The notes below the pieces were generated by a model, which ran no database searches, was not told the origin of the DNA, and worked only from the letters and a program-made list of their open reading frames with translations. Made by a program: the position numbers and the translations under genes. This document shows, one piece after another, positions 43,837 to 53,800 of a DNA stretch of 64,000 nucleotides. The stretch comes from an uncultured Fibrobacter sp. Lineage in GTDB: Bacteria > Fibrobacterota > Fibrobacteria > Fibrobacterales > Fibrobacteraceae. Within the stretch, counting starts at the first letter, position 1, and every line of letters begins with the position of its first letter. Where the stretch lies: positions 31,652-95,651 of the forward strand of contig NZ_CAMGVQ010000003.1 of NCBI RefSeq assembly GCF_946062555.1, written 5' to 3'.

Positions 43837-44112
43837 ATGTACAATGTTTTAATGTCAAGAAGCGTCTCTAGGGCTGTTTCAACGATGCCAATAGCGCAAC
43901 AAGAAAAACTTGCTTTGCTTGTCGATGATATTAGGCTGAATGGACCCGTTAGGACAAACTGGCCGAATTACGGAATTCTGGCAGGAACATCAACTCATCA
44001 TTGTCACCTTTCCCACAAATGGGTGGCATGTTGGATTGAAACAGAAAAAGGTATAACAGTTGAGGTAACATATGCTGGCAGTCGTGGAAGCGCCCCCTAT
44101 GCAGAACACTGA
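43837..44112 (+). CDS. RelE/ParE-superfamily toxin
   Basis: 91 aa. Contains ...WPNYGILAGTSTHHCHLSHKWVACWIETEKGITVEVTYAGSRGSAPY. Its end overlaps the downstream HTH gene. Confidence 0.55.
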   Translation: MYNVLMSRSVSRAVSTMPIAQQEKLALLVDDIRLNGPVRTNWPNYGILAGTSTHHCHLSHKWVACWIETEKGITVEVTYAGSRGSAPYAEH

Positions 44113-44479
44113 TGAACCCGTGTCGTTCAGAGTTTCGGGCAAGAACATTCCGAAGCCCGTCATCGCCTTTTTGGATGCTCTTTTCCCTGATTCCGTCCGT
44201 ATCGATGAAGACGATGATGCGCTTGAGCCGGTGGAAGAATTGGGTTGGTACAAAAAAGCGAAGAAGAGGATGAACCCCGCAAAAGCGTTGAAAATAATGC
44301 GGGTAAATGCGGGGCTTACCCAGGCGCAATTGGCCAAAAAGGTTGGTCTCGCAAAACAGAATTACAATTCGCTTGAACGTGGCGCCAGACCCATTTCTAT
44401 GCTCATGTCAAAGAAATTAGCCGATGCCCTCGGGACATCTTATTTGATGTTTTTCCGCGAAAATAAAAGCAAGTTATAG
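44072..44479 (+). CDS. XRE-family HTH antitoxin
   Basis: The C-terminal helix-turn-helix is MRVNAGLTQAQLAKKVGLAKQNYNSLERGARPIS. The start could be 44072 or the ATG at 44099. Confidence 0.6.
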   Translation: MLAVVEAPPMQNTDEPVSFRVSGKNIPKPVIAFLDALFPDSVRIDEDDDALEPVEELGWYKKAKKRMNPAKALKIMRVNAGLTQAQLAKKVGLAKQNYNSLERGARPISMLMSKKLADALGTSYLMFFRENKSKL

Positions 44480-44624
44480 TCTGTCGTAATCTAGCTAATT
44501 TCATTTCTTTGTCATTACAGGATAGGCGTGCTGAAATCGCGTATTTACACGATTCGCGGACTCAAGGTTATGCTGGACGCCGACTTGGCGGAGATTTACG
44601 GGTATAGCACCGGTGCTTTTAATC
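44474..44624. repeat. 151-bp direct repeat, copy 2 (a stub of the ORF6N 5' end)
   Basis: Encodes VLKSRIYTIRGLKVMLDADLAEIYGYSTGAFN, then diverges and stops. Confidence 0.9.
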
Positions 44625-44812
44625 ATCAACCCTTATTTCAGTAAAAGGGAGATTTCCGTCTTTGATGCGAAAAATGGCCTAAAATGAGGAGAAATGGTCT
44701 TTTTTAAGGTGGTTTTTACGGAGAAATGAAATACTATTTCACATCTCCGTCATTTTCGGTGGTTCATCACATTTCTCCAAATCCGAAACTAATATTTTTC
44801 AATTATTTAGTA

Positions 44813-45415
44813 TCATTTTTCAGAGTAGTGACTTCTAGGCTTTTTCGCAGGATAGATGAGCCTGATTTCTTGCTTGTGCGGAGAGCGCTCTTTATACGTA
44901 CTTTCGATTCGATATTCGTCAAACGAATTGCGTTGGGGCAAACATTCCATTTCGGCGAGTTCAAGCAGTGCCTTAAACCACGCGGTTGCATCGGTGCCGG
45001 GAACTCCGTTCATCCCCCAACGGATTAAAGGTGGTTGGTCGGCATCGGGGCTTGTTCCCTTTTCCCAGCTTGCATCATGTTTCCAGTATTTGAGTTTGCC
45101 GATTTGTTCCGTTAGCGTTTTGGGGATTTCCTCAAATACGATATACCCTTCACCAAACCTGCCGGGATGCCCTGAACAGCAATAACGAGTCCTGCAGCCA
45201 TCCATGCTGTTAAGCCGCATAATGGTATCCGCCAGCGCCGTATCAATGGCTCTGTAACCGTCCTTGTACAGAAAAACAAGTTCCTGAATGTTTATCGGGT
45301 TTTCACTGATATAGCGACGCTTTTCAAAGTTTACGAAAGTTATATCGGACTGTAACATGTTGCTAATTTTCGGGCTCTCCATATCCCTAACTAATGTAAT
45401 TTCTGTCTTTTTCAT
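44813..45415 (-). CDS. Hypothetical protein (200 aa)
   Basis: The ORF opens at 45460, but a candidate -10 box at 45438-45443 favours the ATG at 45415 (MKKTEITL). I recognised no family. Confidence 0.45.
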   Translation of the reverse strand: MKKTEITLVRDMESPKISNMLQSDITFVNFEKRRYISENPINIQELVFLYKDGYRAIDTALADTIMRLNSMDGCRTRYCCSGHPGRFGEGYIVFEEIPKTLTEQIGKLKYWKHDASWEKGTSPDADQPPLIRWGMNGVPGTDATAWFKALLELAEMECLPQRNSFDEYRIESTYKERSPHKQEIRLIYPAKKPRSHYSEK

Positions 45416-45437
45416 ATTCGGTTCCTGTTGGATTTCT

Positions 45438-45469
45438 AAAATATCTTTTATATGCGACAAATATTGTCG
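45438..45469 (-). promoter_or_regulatory. Palindrome CGACA-ATATT-TGTCG followed after 11 nt by TATTTT, read on the minus strand
   Basis: On the plus strand cgacaaatattgtcg lies at 45455-45469. On the minus strand 11 nt follow, then tatttt (plus coordinates 45438-45443). Confidence 0.45.
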
Positions 45470-45513
45470 GTTGTCGCTCTAGCGTAATTTTTTTTGGGGA
45501 AGAAGGCTTTATG

Positions 45514-45545
45514 CGACAGTAGTTGTCGGATAGTATGTGTATATT
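45514..45545 (+). promoter_or_regulatory. Palindrome CGACA-GTAGT-TGTCG followed after 11 nt by TATATT
   Basis: cgacagtagttgtcg lies at 45514-45528 and tatatt at 45540-45545, upstream of the Fic/Doc gene. Confidence 0.45.
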
Positions 45546-45586
45546 TACGATGATTTCCTTGACGAACTTTACAAAAAGAGGCTCTT

Positions 45587-46108
45587 ATGAACAGCGATAC
45601 CCTTTCACTTGTTGACGTGGTGACGGATTACGCTTTTGCGCTGGATACGCTGGACGATTACGACCACCAGCGGCTTGTGCTGCGCAAGTCTGCCAATGCG
45701 GAAAAGTTTTACGCGACTTACGAGAACGCGATGGCGGCAATTCAGGGGCTCAGGGAGAAGTTCGGCGGCAGCGAGTTGTTTGCCCACGAGAAGGACGATT
45801 CGTTCAAGAGCAGCATCGGACAGATTTACCAGACCTTCGGCGGGGTGGAACTTTATCCGAGCGTGGAACAAAAAGCGGCGATGCTCCTCTATCTCGTCAC
45901 GAAGAACCATTCGTTCAGCGACGGCAACAAGCGCATTGCGGCGACGCTCTTCTTGTGGTTTTTGCTGAATAACGGCATTTTGTACAGGGCCGACGGTTCC
46001 AAGCGCATCGCCGATGCCACACTTGTGTCCATGACGCTGATGATTGCCGAGAGCCGCCCCGAGGATATGGAAATGATGGTGAAAATCGTGGTAAACTTGA
46101 TGGGGTAA
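45587..46108 (+). CDS. Fic/Doc-family protein
   Basis: The core motif is NHSFSDGNKRIAATLFLWFL (HxFxDGNKR, the Doc-type variant). The N-terminus has YAFALDTLDDYDHQRL. Confidence 0.7.
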   Translation: MNSDTLSLVDVVTDYAFALDTLDDYDHQRLVLRKSANAEKFYATYENAMAAIQGLREKFGGSELFAHEKDDSFKSSIGQIYQTFGGVELYPSVEQKAAMLLYLVTKNHSFSDGNKRIAATLFLWFLLNNGILYRADGSKRIADATLVSMTLMIAESRPEDMEMMVKIVVNLMG

Positions 46109-46301
46109 GATTGTCGAATCCCGCAAGTACCTAGATTGCGTTTTGCACGTAATCAAACCCGCTACATCTGCCTCGATATTGCAGAAATGATGCGGGTGTT
46201 TTAAAACCCTTGGCATACGTTAGTATTCCGAATTCAAGCGATAATATTGTCATTTGTTGCAAATGGAAACTATGTTGTAGGATAGAAAAAAGAAGGATAG
46301 T

Positions 46302-47009
46302 GTGTTTTTTAAAAAGCAAACTTTTGAGCAGGATGCCCGCAAGTATTGGGAAAAACTTCTTTGCGGAATACTGGTTCCCGGAGAACGAGGGTGCTCGCCT
46401 TCCGAAGGCGAAGTCCTTTGTATGTATAATGACATGAAAACGCGGCATCCTAATTGCGTGTGCAATATATTGCGGTCGGGGAAAGGTCAAGGCGACGTTT
46501 TTCAGCCGGGTGACAAAATAAGCGGTATCAGGATTTCCTTTACGCTTGATGCAGCGTCGTCTGTTGAGTTTATTTTGGCGTCTTCGCTGTATTATGTGCA
46601 TTTTAAAACCGGTGGAATCGCCCCTTTTTCGCGGCGGGTGGATACCTGTGACTTGTCGCCGACTATGCGGAATATTGAGGACTTCGTCAACAATTTTCCA
46701 GCACACCTTGCGGCGTTTGAAAAGAAGAAAATTGAATTTGAAAAGAAAGCCAAGCTTAAGGAAATGGCGAAGTTAAGCCTGAAAACATGCGTTTCCCAGA
46801 TGATGGAGGAATTGGGGTACGGATGGAACTTGGCGGATAAGGGAAAGTTTTTCCTGCTTCGGGTTACATTGGGCGAAAAACGGATGGTTGAAGTATCGCT
46901 AAACGAAAAAAATTTCGCAAAGAGCATTTCTGTCTTACCTGGGATGCTCAAAAAAATTGAAGGCCTGCTAGAAACGATGCCGTTCCCGGTGAATATCTCG
47001 AATTTTTGA
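46302..47009 (+). CDS. Hypothetical protein
   Basis: 235-aa ORF. The start is uncertain and I recognised no family. Confidence 0.35.
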   Translation: MFFKKQTFEQDARKYWEKLLCGILVPGERGCSPSEGEVLCMYNDMKTRHPNCVCNILRSGKGQGDVFQPGDKISGIRISFTLDAASSVEFILASSLYYVHFKTGGIAPFSRRVDTCDLSPTMRNIEDFVNNFPAHLAAFEKKKIEFEKKAKLKEMAKLSLKTCVSQMMEELGYGWNLADKGKFFLLRVTLGEKRMVEVSLNEKNFAKSISVLPGMLKKIEGLLETMPFPVNISNF

Positions 47010-47072
47010 CAAAAAGCCGTTCTTGTGCGATAATAAATGTGAAAACGATTAACGAGTAACTATATTCTCACT

Positions 47073-50000
47073 ATGCTACACTTGAAATTTGCCCTGAATC
47101 TGGAACATCTCGCCGACGAGATGATAGAAGCCATCTCAAAAGAATGGAAAGACCCGTTCAACGCCCCGGTCGTGATATTCCCAGACCCGAAACTGGAACA
47201 GTGGTTCCGCCTCCGTTGGATGAAGAAGAAGGGTGTGCTCGCCAACCTGAACAAGAGCACCATCGACAGGTTCTTGTTCGATATTCTGGTGGGAGAAGGT
47301 GTCGTCACGGATAAGAAAGGCAATACAACTCGCCTCTGCAAACTCTCGGCGGATATCCTGATGAACGTGATTCTCGCCTACCTGACGAGCGAAACGGACG
47401 GTATTCCGAACTACAGGCGCATCGACGACGAAGTGACCCGCTACCTCACGAATGCGAACGACCCGGAGGGAGGACTTGACGAAAACCACCTGTTCGATTT
47501 TGCCCTGAAGATGGCATCCCTCTTCCTGGAATACGAGACGAGCCGCCCGAGCGGTTTCGCAAAAAATGCAAATGGCGATGTAGATGGCATTCTCGACCAC
47601 TGGAAAGCAGGAAAACTGCAGCCGTTCTTTTCGAATTTCAACGGCAGGCTCGCGGGGCGCGAGGCATGGCAGCAAAAGCTGTATTCGGCCATTTTCCACA
47701 AGCAGGGCGACAATGAATCGCTGTTGACCCGTGCTTTCAAGGAAATGTCCCAGAAAATGCACGAAAATCGGAATTACCTCACCATCCCGTACCTCTTCGA
47801 GGCTCTTGAAAACGGTAAATTCAACGAAGAAAAACTTCCGCACGGTAGCAACGGCAAGGCACTTCCCGTCTTTATCTTCGGGCTTTCGGGCATGGGGCAG
47901 TTCTACCGCGTCATATTGCAGAAATATGCCAGCGAGCACGACGTGTACGCGTTCATCCAGAATCCGTGTATGGAATTCTGGGAAGACGCGTTTACCGCCC
48001 CCGAGAAGATTTGCAGGAATTGGGAAGTTTCCAAGACCGGTGAATGGAAATCGGGTACCGGCGATGCCGCGCACATCAGGGACAAGATGAAAATCATGGA
48101 AACGGGGAATCCTGAATCCGGCGACCCGACGACGGACATTGAGGATATCTCCGAATACGCTGGCAACGGCACGCAACCTGCAGCGCAACCGGCAGAAAAC
48201 GACCTGCTCGTAAACTGGGGCCGTTCCGGACGCGACAATATAAAACTCTGGTGTCAGGCGACCAACTACGATTTCGACTTCAACGGCATTTTCGACAGGG
48301 AGGGGCACGAAATCGAATTGCCGCAAGACTCCCTCCTGCACAAGATTCAGTACGCCGTCGCACATCGCGAAAACAACATGGACGGTCTCAAATCCTGCGT
48401 AGGCGACGGTTCCCTCGACGTGACCGCGGCGCCGACCCGAATCCGCGAGATCGAGAACCTGCACACCCAAGTCTGCAAGTTGCTCAGGAAGGGCGCACGC
48501 GTCGAGGATATCCTGGTGGTATCGCCCTGCCTCGACGATTACCGCACGGCAATCAACATGGTGTTCGACCAGAGCGAAAAGATGCGCATCCCGTTCTCGA
48601 TAGTCGATTCGCCCGCAAGGAGTTCCCTGACCGAAAATGCACTCGCGAGCCTGTTTACCGTTCTCGACCAGAAGGGGATTTCCAGACCCGACTTCTTTGC
48701 GCTGGTCCGCAATCCCGTTGTGCAGGCGGTCCGCAAGATTACCAACGAGGAGGTGGACGCCTGGCAGAACTGGGTATCCGAAACGAATACGTTCCGCCCC
48801 CGCGACAAGCAGGATGACTGGGACAAGGTCAAGAACCGCCTGCTGATGGCCCAGATGACGACATACGACGTCAAGTTCGACGGCGATACACTACGGCCCT
48901 TCTCCGATATGGCCTGTTCCGATAAGGCGTCGCTCTGCAAGTTTATCGACTGCATCGAAACACTTGAGAATTGGGTGGAATTCGGCAAGAACAAGTGTTG
49001 CGACCTGGACCTGCTCGCAGAGCATCTCGACAAGTGGATTGCCCTGCCGTACGTTCCCGATGTACTCAAGAGTGAATCCATCGTCTACAGGCGCGTCGCC
49101 GATGCGATTGCACTTCTCGGCTGGCAGAATGCGGCCGGCCAGAAGGATATCTCGATGAAAATCGTGGAACAGGCCCTCCTTACCGCCGCACAGGGAACCG
49201 AATACAGTTGCGGGAACATTTTCGTGAACGGGATTACCTTCATGAAGTTCGCCCCGAACCGCACGCTCCCCGTAAAACACCTGTTCTTTATCGGCGCCGA
49301 CGCGATGTCGTTCCCGGGGGCAAAACAGCACAATACGCTCGACCTGCGCAAGTCCTGCAGGCCCTGGCCCGGTGACGATTCGCCCGTACTCAAGAACCGC
49401 TATGCGTTCCTGTGCCAGCTCATGAGCACGGGGGAAGGTTTCCACCTGAGCTACGTGAACAAGGATATCAAGAAGGATGCGGAACTGTACCCATCGTCGG
49501 TGGTAAACGACCTGCGGAAATTCATCGCCGTGGAATGGAAGGAAAACGAGATTAAGCTCGACGAGACGCGCGATGTAACTGAACTGTTCACGCCCAAGAG
49601 CCTGCGCAACAAGGAAGCGTACGAATGGATGCGCCTCTCCGACGAGGAACACCAGGAGAAAATCAGGAAGCGCCGCAGGGAAAGGCTCGGAAAGCTGGAC
49701 AGAAACAAGCTGAAGGAATACCTGGTGCGTATTCCGGAAAGGGTCGGCTTCTACACGCTCGCAAGCTTCCTGAAAGATCCGTTCCAGTTCCGCATTTCAC
49801 TGATGCTGATTGACGAAGATGACGAGAATGTCGAGAAGGAACTTTTTGAACCCGTCTATTTTGACCATCTGGATACAAGCATCGTGCTGAAGAAGGCGCT
49901 GGCCGCCGAACTTTCGGGAGAATCGGAAGAACTCGAAAACTTCAAGAAAGACCTCAAACTGAAGGGAAAGACGCCTAACGGCGAATTCGGGGTAATCCAG

Positions 50001-50828
50001 TGGCAAACTATCGACGCCAAGAAAAAACTGATTCTCACCCAGATGGGTGGCACTCCCGAGGCACCCGGCCTCGTGCAGGACATTCAGGCAAACTGGTCGT
50101 ACGGCCAAAAAATCCAGGATTTGCAATTTGCACGTACCGACGGATCCCGGTGGCTCCTTTCCGGCAAGCTGGACTGGAGCAACGCAAAGAAAATCGAAGA
50201 CGTGACGGAAATAATCGAGGTCAGCTCGACTAGCAGCAAGAACGAAAAAATTTCCTTCGACAAGTACATGGCCCCCTATATCAAGGCGCTTGCCGTCATT
50301 GCGTACAAGGGCTCCGCCAAGCCCGAACTTGAAAATACACCGCAGACAATCGGCGTTTCCATCTATTCCTGCGACAAGGAGATGAGCGGCCCCGCAAAGA
50401 CGAGCGTAATTATGACTCCCGCAGACGCCCGCAAGAAAATCGAGACCATATACGCCACCGCGTTCGGTGACGAGGCGACAAAATCCATGCCGTTCAGCAA
50501 GGCAGTCCCTGCCGACCTCATCGGCGAACTCAAGGAAAAGAACATCTTCAGCTATGCCGAAAAGCTTCTGCGCGATTCATGGGCATTTTTCGACAAGAAG
50601 AGCCTTTTCAACCCCTTGACCGATGTCGGATTCTCTCCCGATAATTTCGCAAGCGAATGGGACGAGGCGACCGATAAAATGAACAGGCTCATCGCCATCA
50701 AGAAGTACGCAAAGCCTAAAGAGCAGAACAGCGCGGCGACAACAAAGAAGGCTGAAACAGGCAAGGCGGCTACGACTAAAACTGCCGCTAAAAAGACTAC
50801 GGTAAAGAAAGGCAAGGCAAAGGAGTAG
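47073..50828 (+). CDS. recC: RecBCD subunit RecC, with a Lys/Ala/Thr-rich C-terminal tail
   Basis: 1251 aa. The N-terminus has ...PVVIFPDPKLEQWFRLRWMKKKGVLANL... It is followed directly by recB and recD. Confidence 0.75.
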   Translation: MLHLKFALNLEHLADEMIEAISKEWKDPFNAPVVIFPDPKLEQWFRLRWMKKKGVLANLNKSTIDRFLFDILVGEGVVTDKKGNTTRLCKLSADILMNVILAYLTSETDGIPNYRRIDDEVTRYLTNANDPEGGLDENHLFDFALKMASLFLEYETSRPSGFAKNANGDVDGILDHWKAGKLQPFFSNFNGRLAGREAWQQKLYSAIFHKQGDNESLLTRAFKEMSQKMHENRNYLTIPYLFEALENGKFNEEKLPHGSNGKALPVFIFGLSGMGQFYRVILQKYASEHDVYAFIQNPCMEFWEDAFTAPEKICRNWEVSKTGEWKSGTGDAAHIRDKMKIMETGNPESGDPTTDIEDISEYAGNGTQPAAQPAENDLLVNWGRSGRDNIKLWCQATNYDFDFNGIFDREGHEIELPQDSLLHKIQYAVAHRENNMDGLKSCVGDGSLDVTAAPTRIREIENLHTQVCKLLRKGARVEDILVVSPCLDDYRTAINMVFDQSEKMRIPFSIVDSPARSSLTENALASLFTVLDQKGISRPDFFALVRNPVVQAVRKITNEEVDAWQNWVSETNTFRPRDKQDDWDKVKNRLLMAQMTTYDVKFDGDTLRPFSDMACSDKASLCKFIDCIETLENWVEFGKNKCCDLDLLAEHLDKWIALPYVPDVLKSESIVYRRVADAIALLGWQNAAGQKDISMKIVEQALLTAAQGTEYSCGNIFVNGITFMKFAPNRTLPVKHLFFIGADAMSFPGAKQHNTLDLRKSCRPWPGDDSPVLKNRYAFLCQLMSTGEGFHLSYVNKDIKKDAELYPSSVVNDLRKFIAVEWKENEIKLDETRDVTELFTPKSLRNKEAYEWMRLSDEEHQEKIRKRRRERLGKLDRNKLKEYLVRIPERVGFYTLASFLKDPFQFRISLMLIDEDDENVEKELFEPVYFDHLDTSIVLKKALAAELSGESEELENFKKDLKLKGKTPNGEFGVIQWQTIDAKKKLILTQMGGTPEAPGLVQDIQANWSYGQKIQDLQFARTDGSRWLLSGKLDWSNAKKIEDVTEIIEVSSTSSKNEKISFDKYMAPYIKALAVIAYKGSAKPELENTPQTIGVSIYSCDKEMSGPAKTSVIMTPADARKKIETIYATAFGDEATKSMPFSKAVPADLIGELKEKNIFSYAEKLLRDSWAFFDKKSLFNPLTDVGFSPDNFASEWDEATDKMNRLIAIKKYAKPKEQNSAATTKKAETGKAATTKTAAKKTTVKKGKAKE

Positions 50829-50836
50829 AGTTGAGT

Positions 50837-53800
50837 ATGTCCGAAGAAATCAATGAATTCAAGATAAACAAGTTCACTCCTTCTAAGAGCATCTACATCG
50901 AGGCTTCCGCAGGCACCGGCAAGACCTATACTATCCAGCTGATAGTCGCGCGTATGGTTGCCGAGGGCACTCCGCTCAAGAAAATCCTGATCGTGACCTA
51001 CACCGAAAAGGCGGCAGGCGAACTGAAGGACCGTATCCGCAAGAAAATCGACGAGGTCCTGCAAAAGGGCAGAATCGACAAGAGCGAGCCCGAACTTTCG
51101 CCCGAACAGATGGCAAATTTCCGCAAGGCCTACCAGGACGTGGACAATGCGGCGATATTTACCATCCATTCCTTCTGCCAGAAGGCGCTCAAGGAGTACG
51201 CCTACGATGCGGGCAGACCGTTCGACATGGCGATGGTCGACGATTCCGCCGTCGAGGACATGGTAGACCAGTACATTCGCGACAAGTGGAGCAAGGATGA
51301 CGAATTCATCGCCCTGCTGAGAGAAGCCGAAAGCACTTCTACCCTTATCGAGAACCTGAAAAGCTATTTCATCAAGGCTGTCGACATGTACAAGGGAGTC
51401 GATGCAAACGGCAAGGAAATCGTCACGATTGACGAAGTTGAAATGCCCAAGCTAGGCGAAAAAGCGCTGTCGCTGGAAGAACTGGAAAAAATCGCGCAGG
51501 CGAAGAATTTCGAAGAACTCGTGTCTACCCTTCATCTGGAAGGCCATCTTGAAATTTTTGAAGATAACACGGACAAATTCTTCACAAAGAAAAACACGGG
51601 GCCGATTCCTGAATTTCTTAGCAGTCTAAAGAAATGGAAAAAGGGTTCTCCGTTATACGACGGTTCGTTCAAAGATGGAAAATGCCCGCAAGAAGACTGG
51701 CCCAAGGACATGTATGCGTCTTTTTGCTACCTAAAGGAACTCAAGGGATTCCTTTCCGACATCGACAAGAAGGTTGAAAAGGTCAAGCTCCACAAGTTCC
51801 TTATTGCCCATACGCCACAACTTTTCGACGCATGGCAGGCATACAAGGCCGAAAACAAGTTGCAGTCGTTCAACGACATGATTCTTTCGGTCCACAAGGC
51901 TGTCATGGAGCCCGGCAGTGCGCTCAAGGAACGCCTCAGCGCGCAGTACACCTACGCCATCATCGACGAATTCCAGGACACGAACCAGCTGCAGTGGGAT
52001 ATCTTCAGCAATGTGTTCAAGAACTTCGTAGTGGGCGACCCCAAGCAGTCCATCTACAGCTTCCAGGGCGCCGACGTGAACGTGTACAAGAAGGCGACAG
52101 GCGAAATCGGCAAGAAAATTGACCTCGTGCACAACTTCCGCTCCACGGACGGGATTATCAACGGCTGCAACGCGCTATTTTCCGGCAATTATTTCGCACC
52201 CGCAGAAGGGATGCCCGAACTCGTGAAGTTTACGGATTCATACCCGCCCGACGGCGAAAATGCGGACCAGAAAAAGAAGGCACCCGAAATCGACGGCAAC
52301 GAAGTCCGCTCCATCTGGCTCAGCGAGAAGGACGTCTCGGCAGACAGTTTCGCCGCAACGGCAGTCGCGCATATTATCGACTGGTGTTCCTTCCGCGAAG
52401 ACGGCAAGACGACGCGACTTCAGGTGTTCGACAAGGATTACGGCAAGCCCGGTCACGATTCGGTACTCAAGAACGTGACGTTCAAGGATTTCGCCATTCT
52501 CGCTAAATCCCGCAGCGAGATGGAGAACATCGAAAGCATCATGCGGAGCGTGGGCGTGCCCTACACGCAATACAAGGAAACGAACCTATTCCGCAGCAGG
52601 GAATGCGCCGAATGGATTTCGCTCTTCCGCGCGATAAACGCCCCCGATTTTTCTTCATGGAACAGGCAGCTGCTCAGCGAAGTGCTCATTACCGACTTCT
52701 TCAAGGATGTCGTCGCCGAAAGGGAACGCGCCACCCGCGGCTCGGAACAGTCCAGCGGTCTCGAGGAACTGCACTACGCCGAGAGCAAGGAATTTGACGA
52801 CCCGAACAACCCGGAACGCCTGCAGATTGCCTCCTGGAAGACCCTCGCGCTGAAACGACGCTACGCCGAGATGCTGGAACGCATCTACGACGACACGCAA
52901 ATAGAATACCGCTTGATGGATGTTTCCCGGTTGCAGAGCATGGCCCGCCTGCGCCAAATCGGTAACTACGCCATCGACTACCTGTACAATCACAGGTGCT
53001 CGCTCGACGACCTTATCCGCCATCTGCAGGGGCTCGCCCGCTATGAAGAATCTGCCGACGACGAGAACGGCGACCTGGTCGAAAAGGGCAGCGACTTCAA
53101 CGCCGTGCAGGTAATGACCATCCACGCGTCCAAGGGCCTCGAATTTCCGGTAGTCATTTCGGTCGCGGGCTTCAAGCAGTTGCCTAATTCCAAGCCGCCC
53201 TACATCACTCACGGCAAAGACGAGTCACTGCATCTTGGCTTTGGCGACACGGCGAAGGAATGCCGCCAGCGCGAAGAGATGGAAGAATGGAAACGCCTGT
53301 TCTACGTGGACTTCACGCGCGCATCTTCGCTGTTGCTTATCCCGCGTTACGACGTGTGGTACAACAAGCCCAATAAAAATGAACCCGCAACAAAAAGTGG
53401 CTACTTCAAGCATGTCCACTTCCTGATGGACGCCCTTGAGAACTTTGCCGAAAAAAGCACAAACCTGTACGACCGCTTGCTAAAAAGCGATCAGTGGGTC
53501 ACCGCACAGGAAGGCATCGCCGAGAAGGCGAACCTCGTCAAGGACATTCTCGCCAGGACAAACGTGGCAAACAGCAATACGGTCGACCTCGACAAGGCCA
53601 TCACGGAACAGAAGGTGGAAATCGCTTCTCTGCAGGGGAAGGTCGCAAGCGCAAGCATAATGCAGTATTCATACTCCTCGCTTTCCGGCCGAGCCGAGAC
53701 GCCCATTGCCGAAGCCGACGACAGCCGTACCGAAAAGGAAGGCGAATCTACGGCAGAAGAAATCCCCGTACCGGGTATGGAAAACTACCCGCGCGGGACA

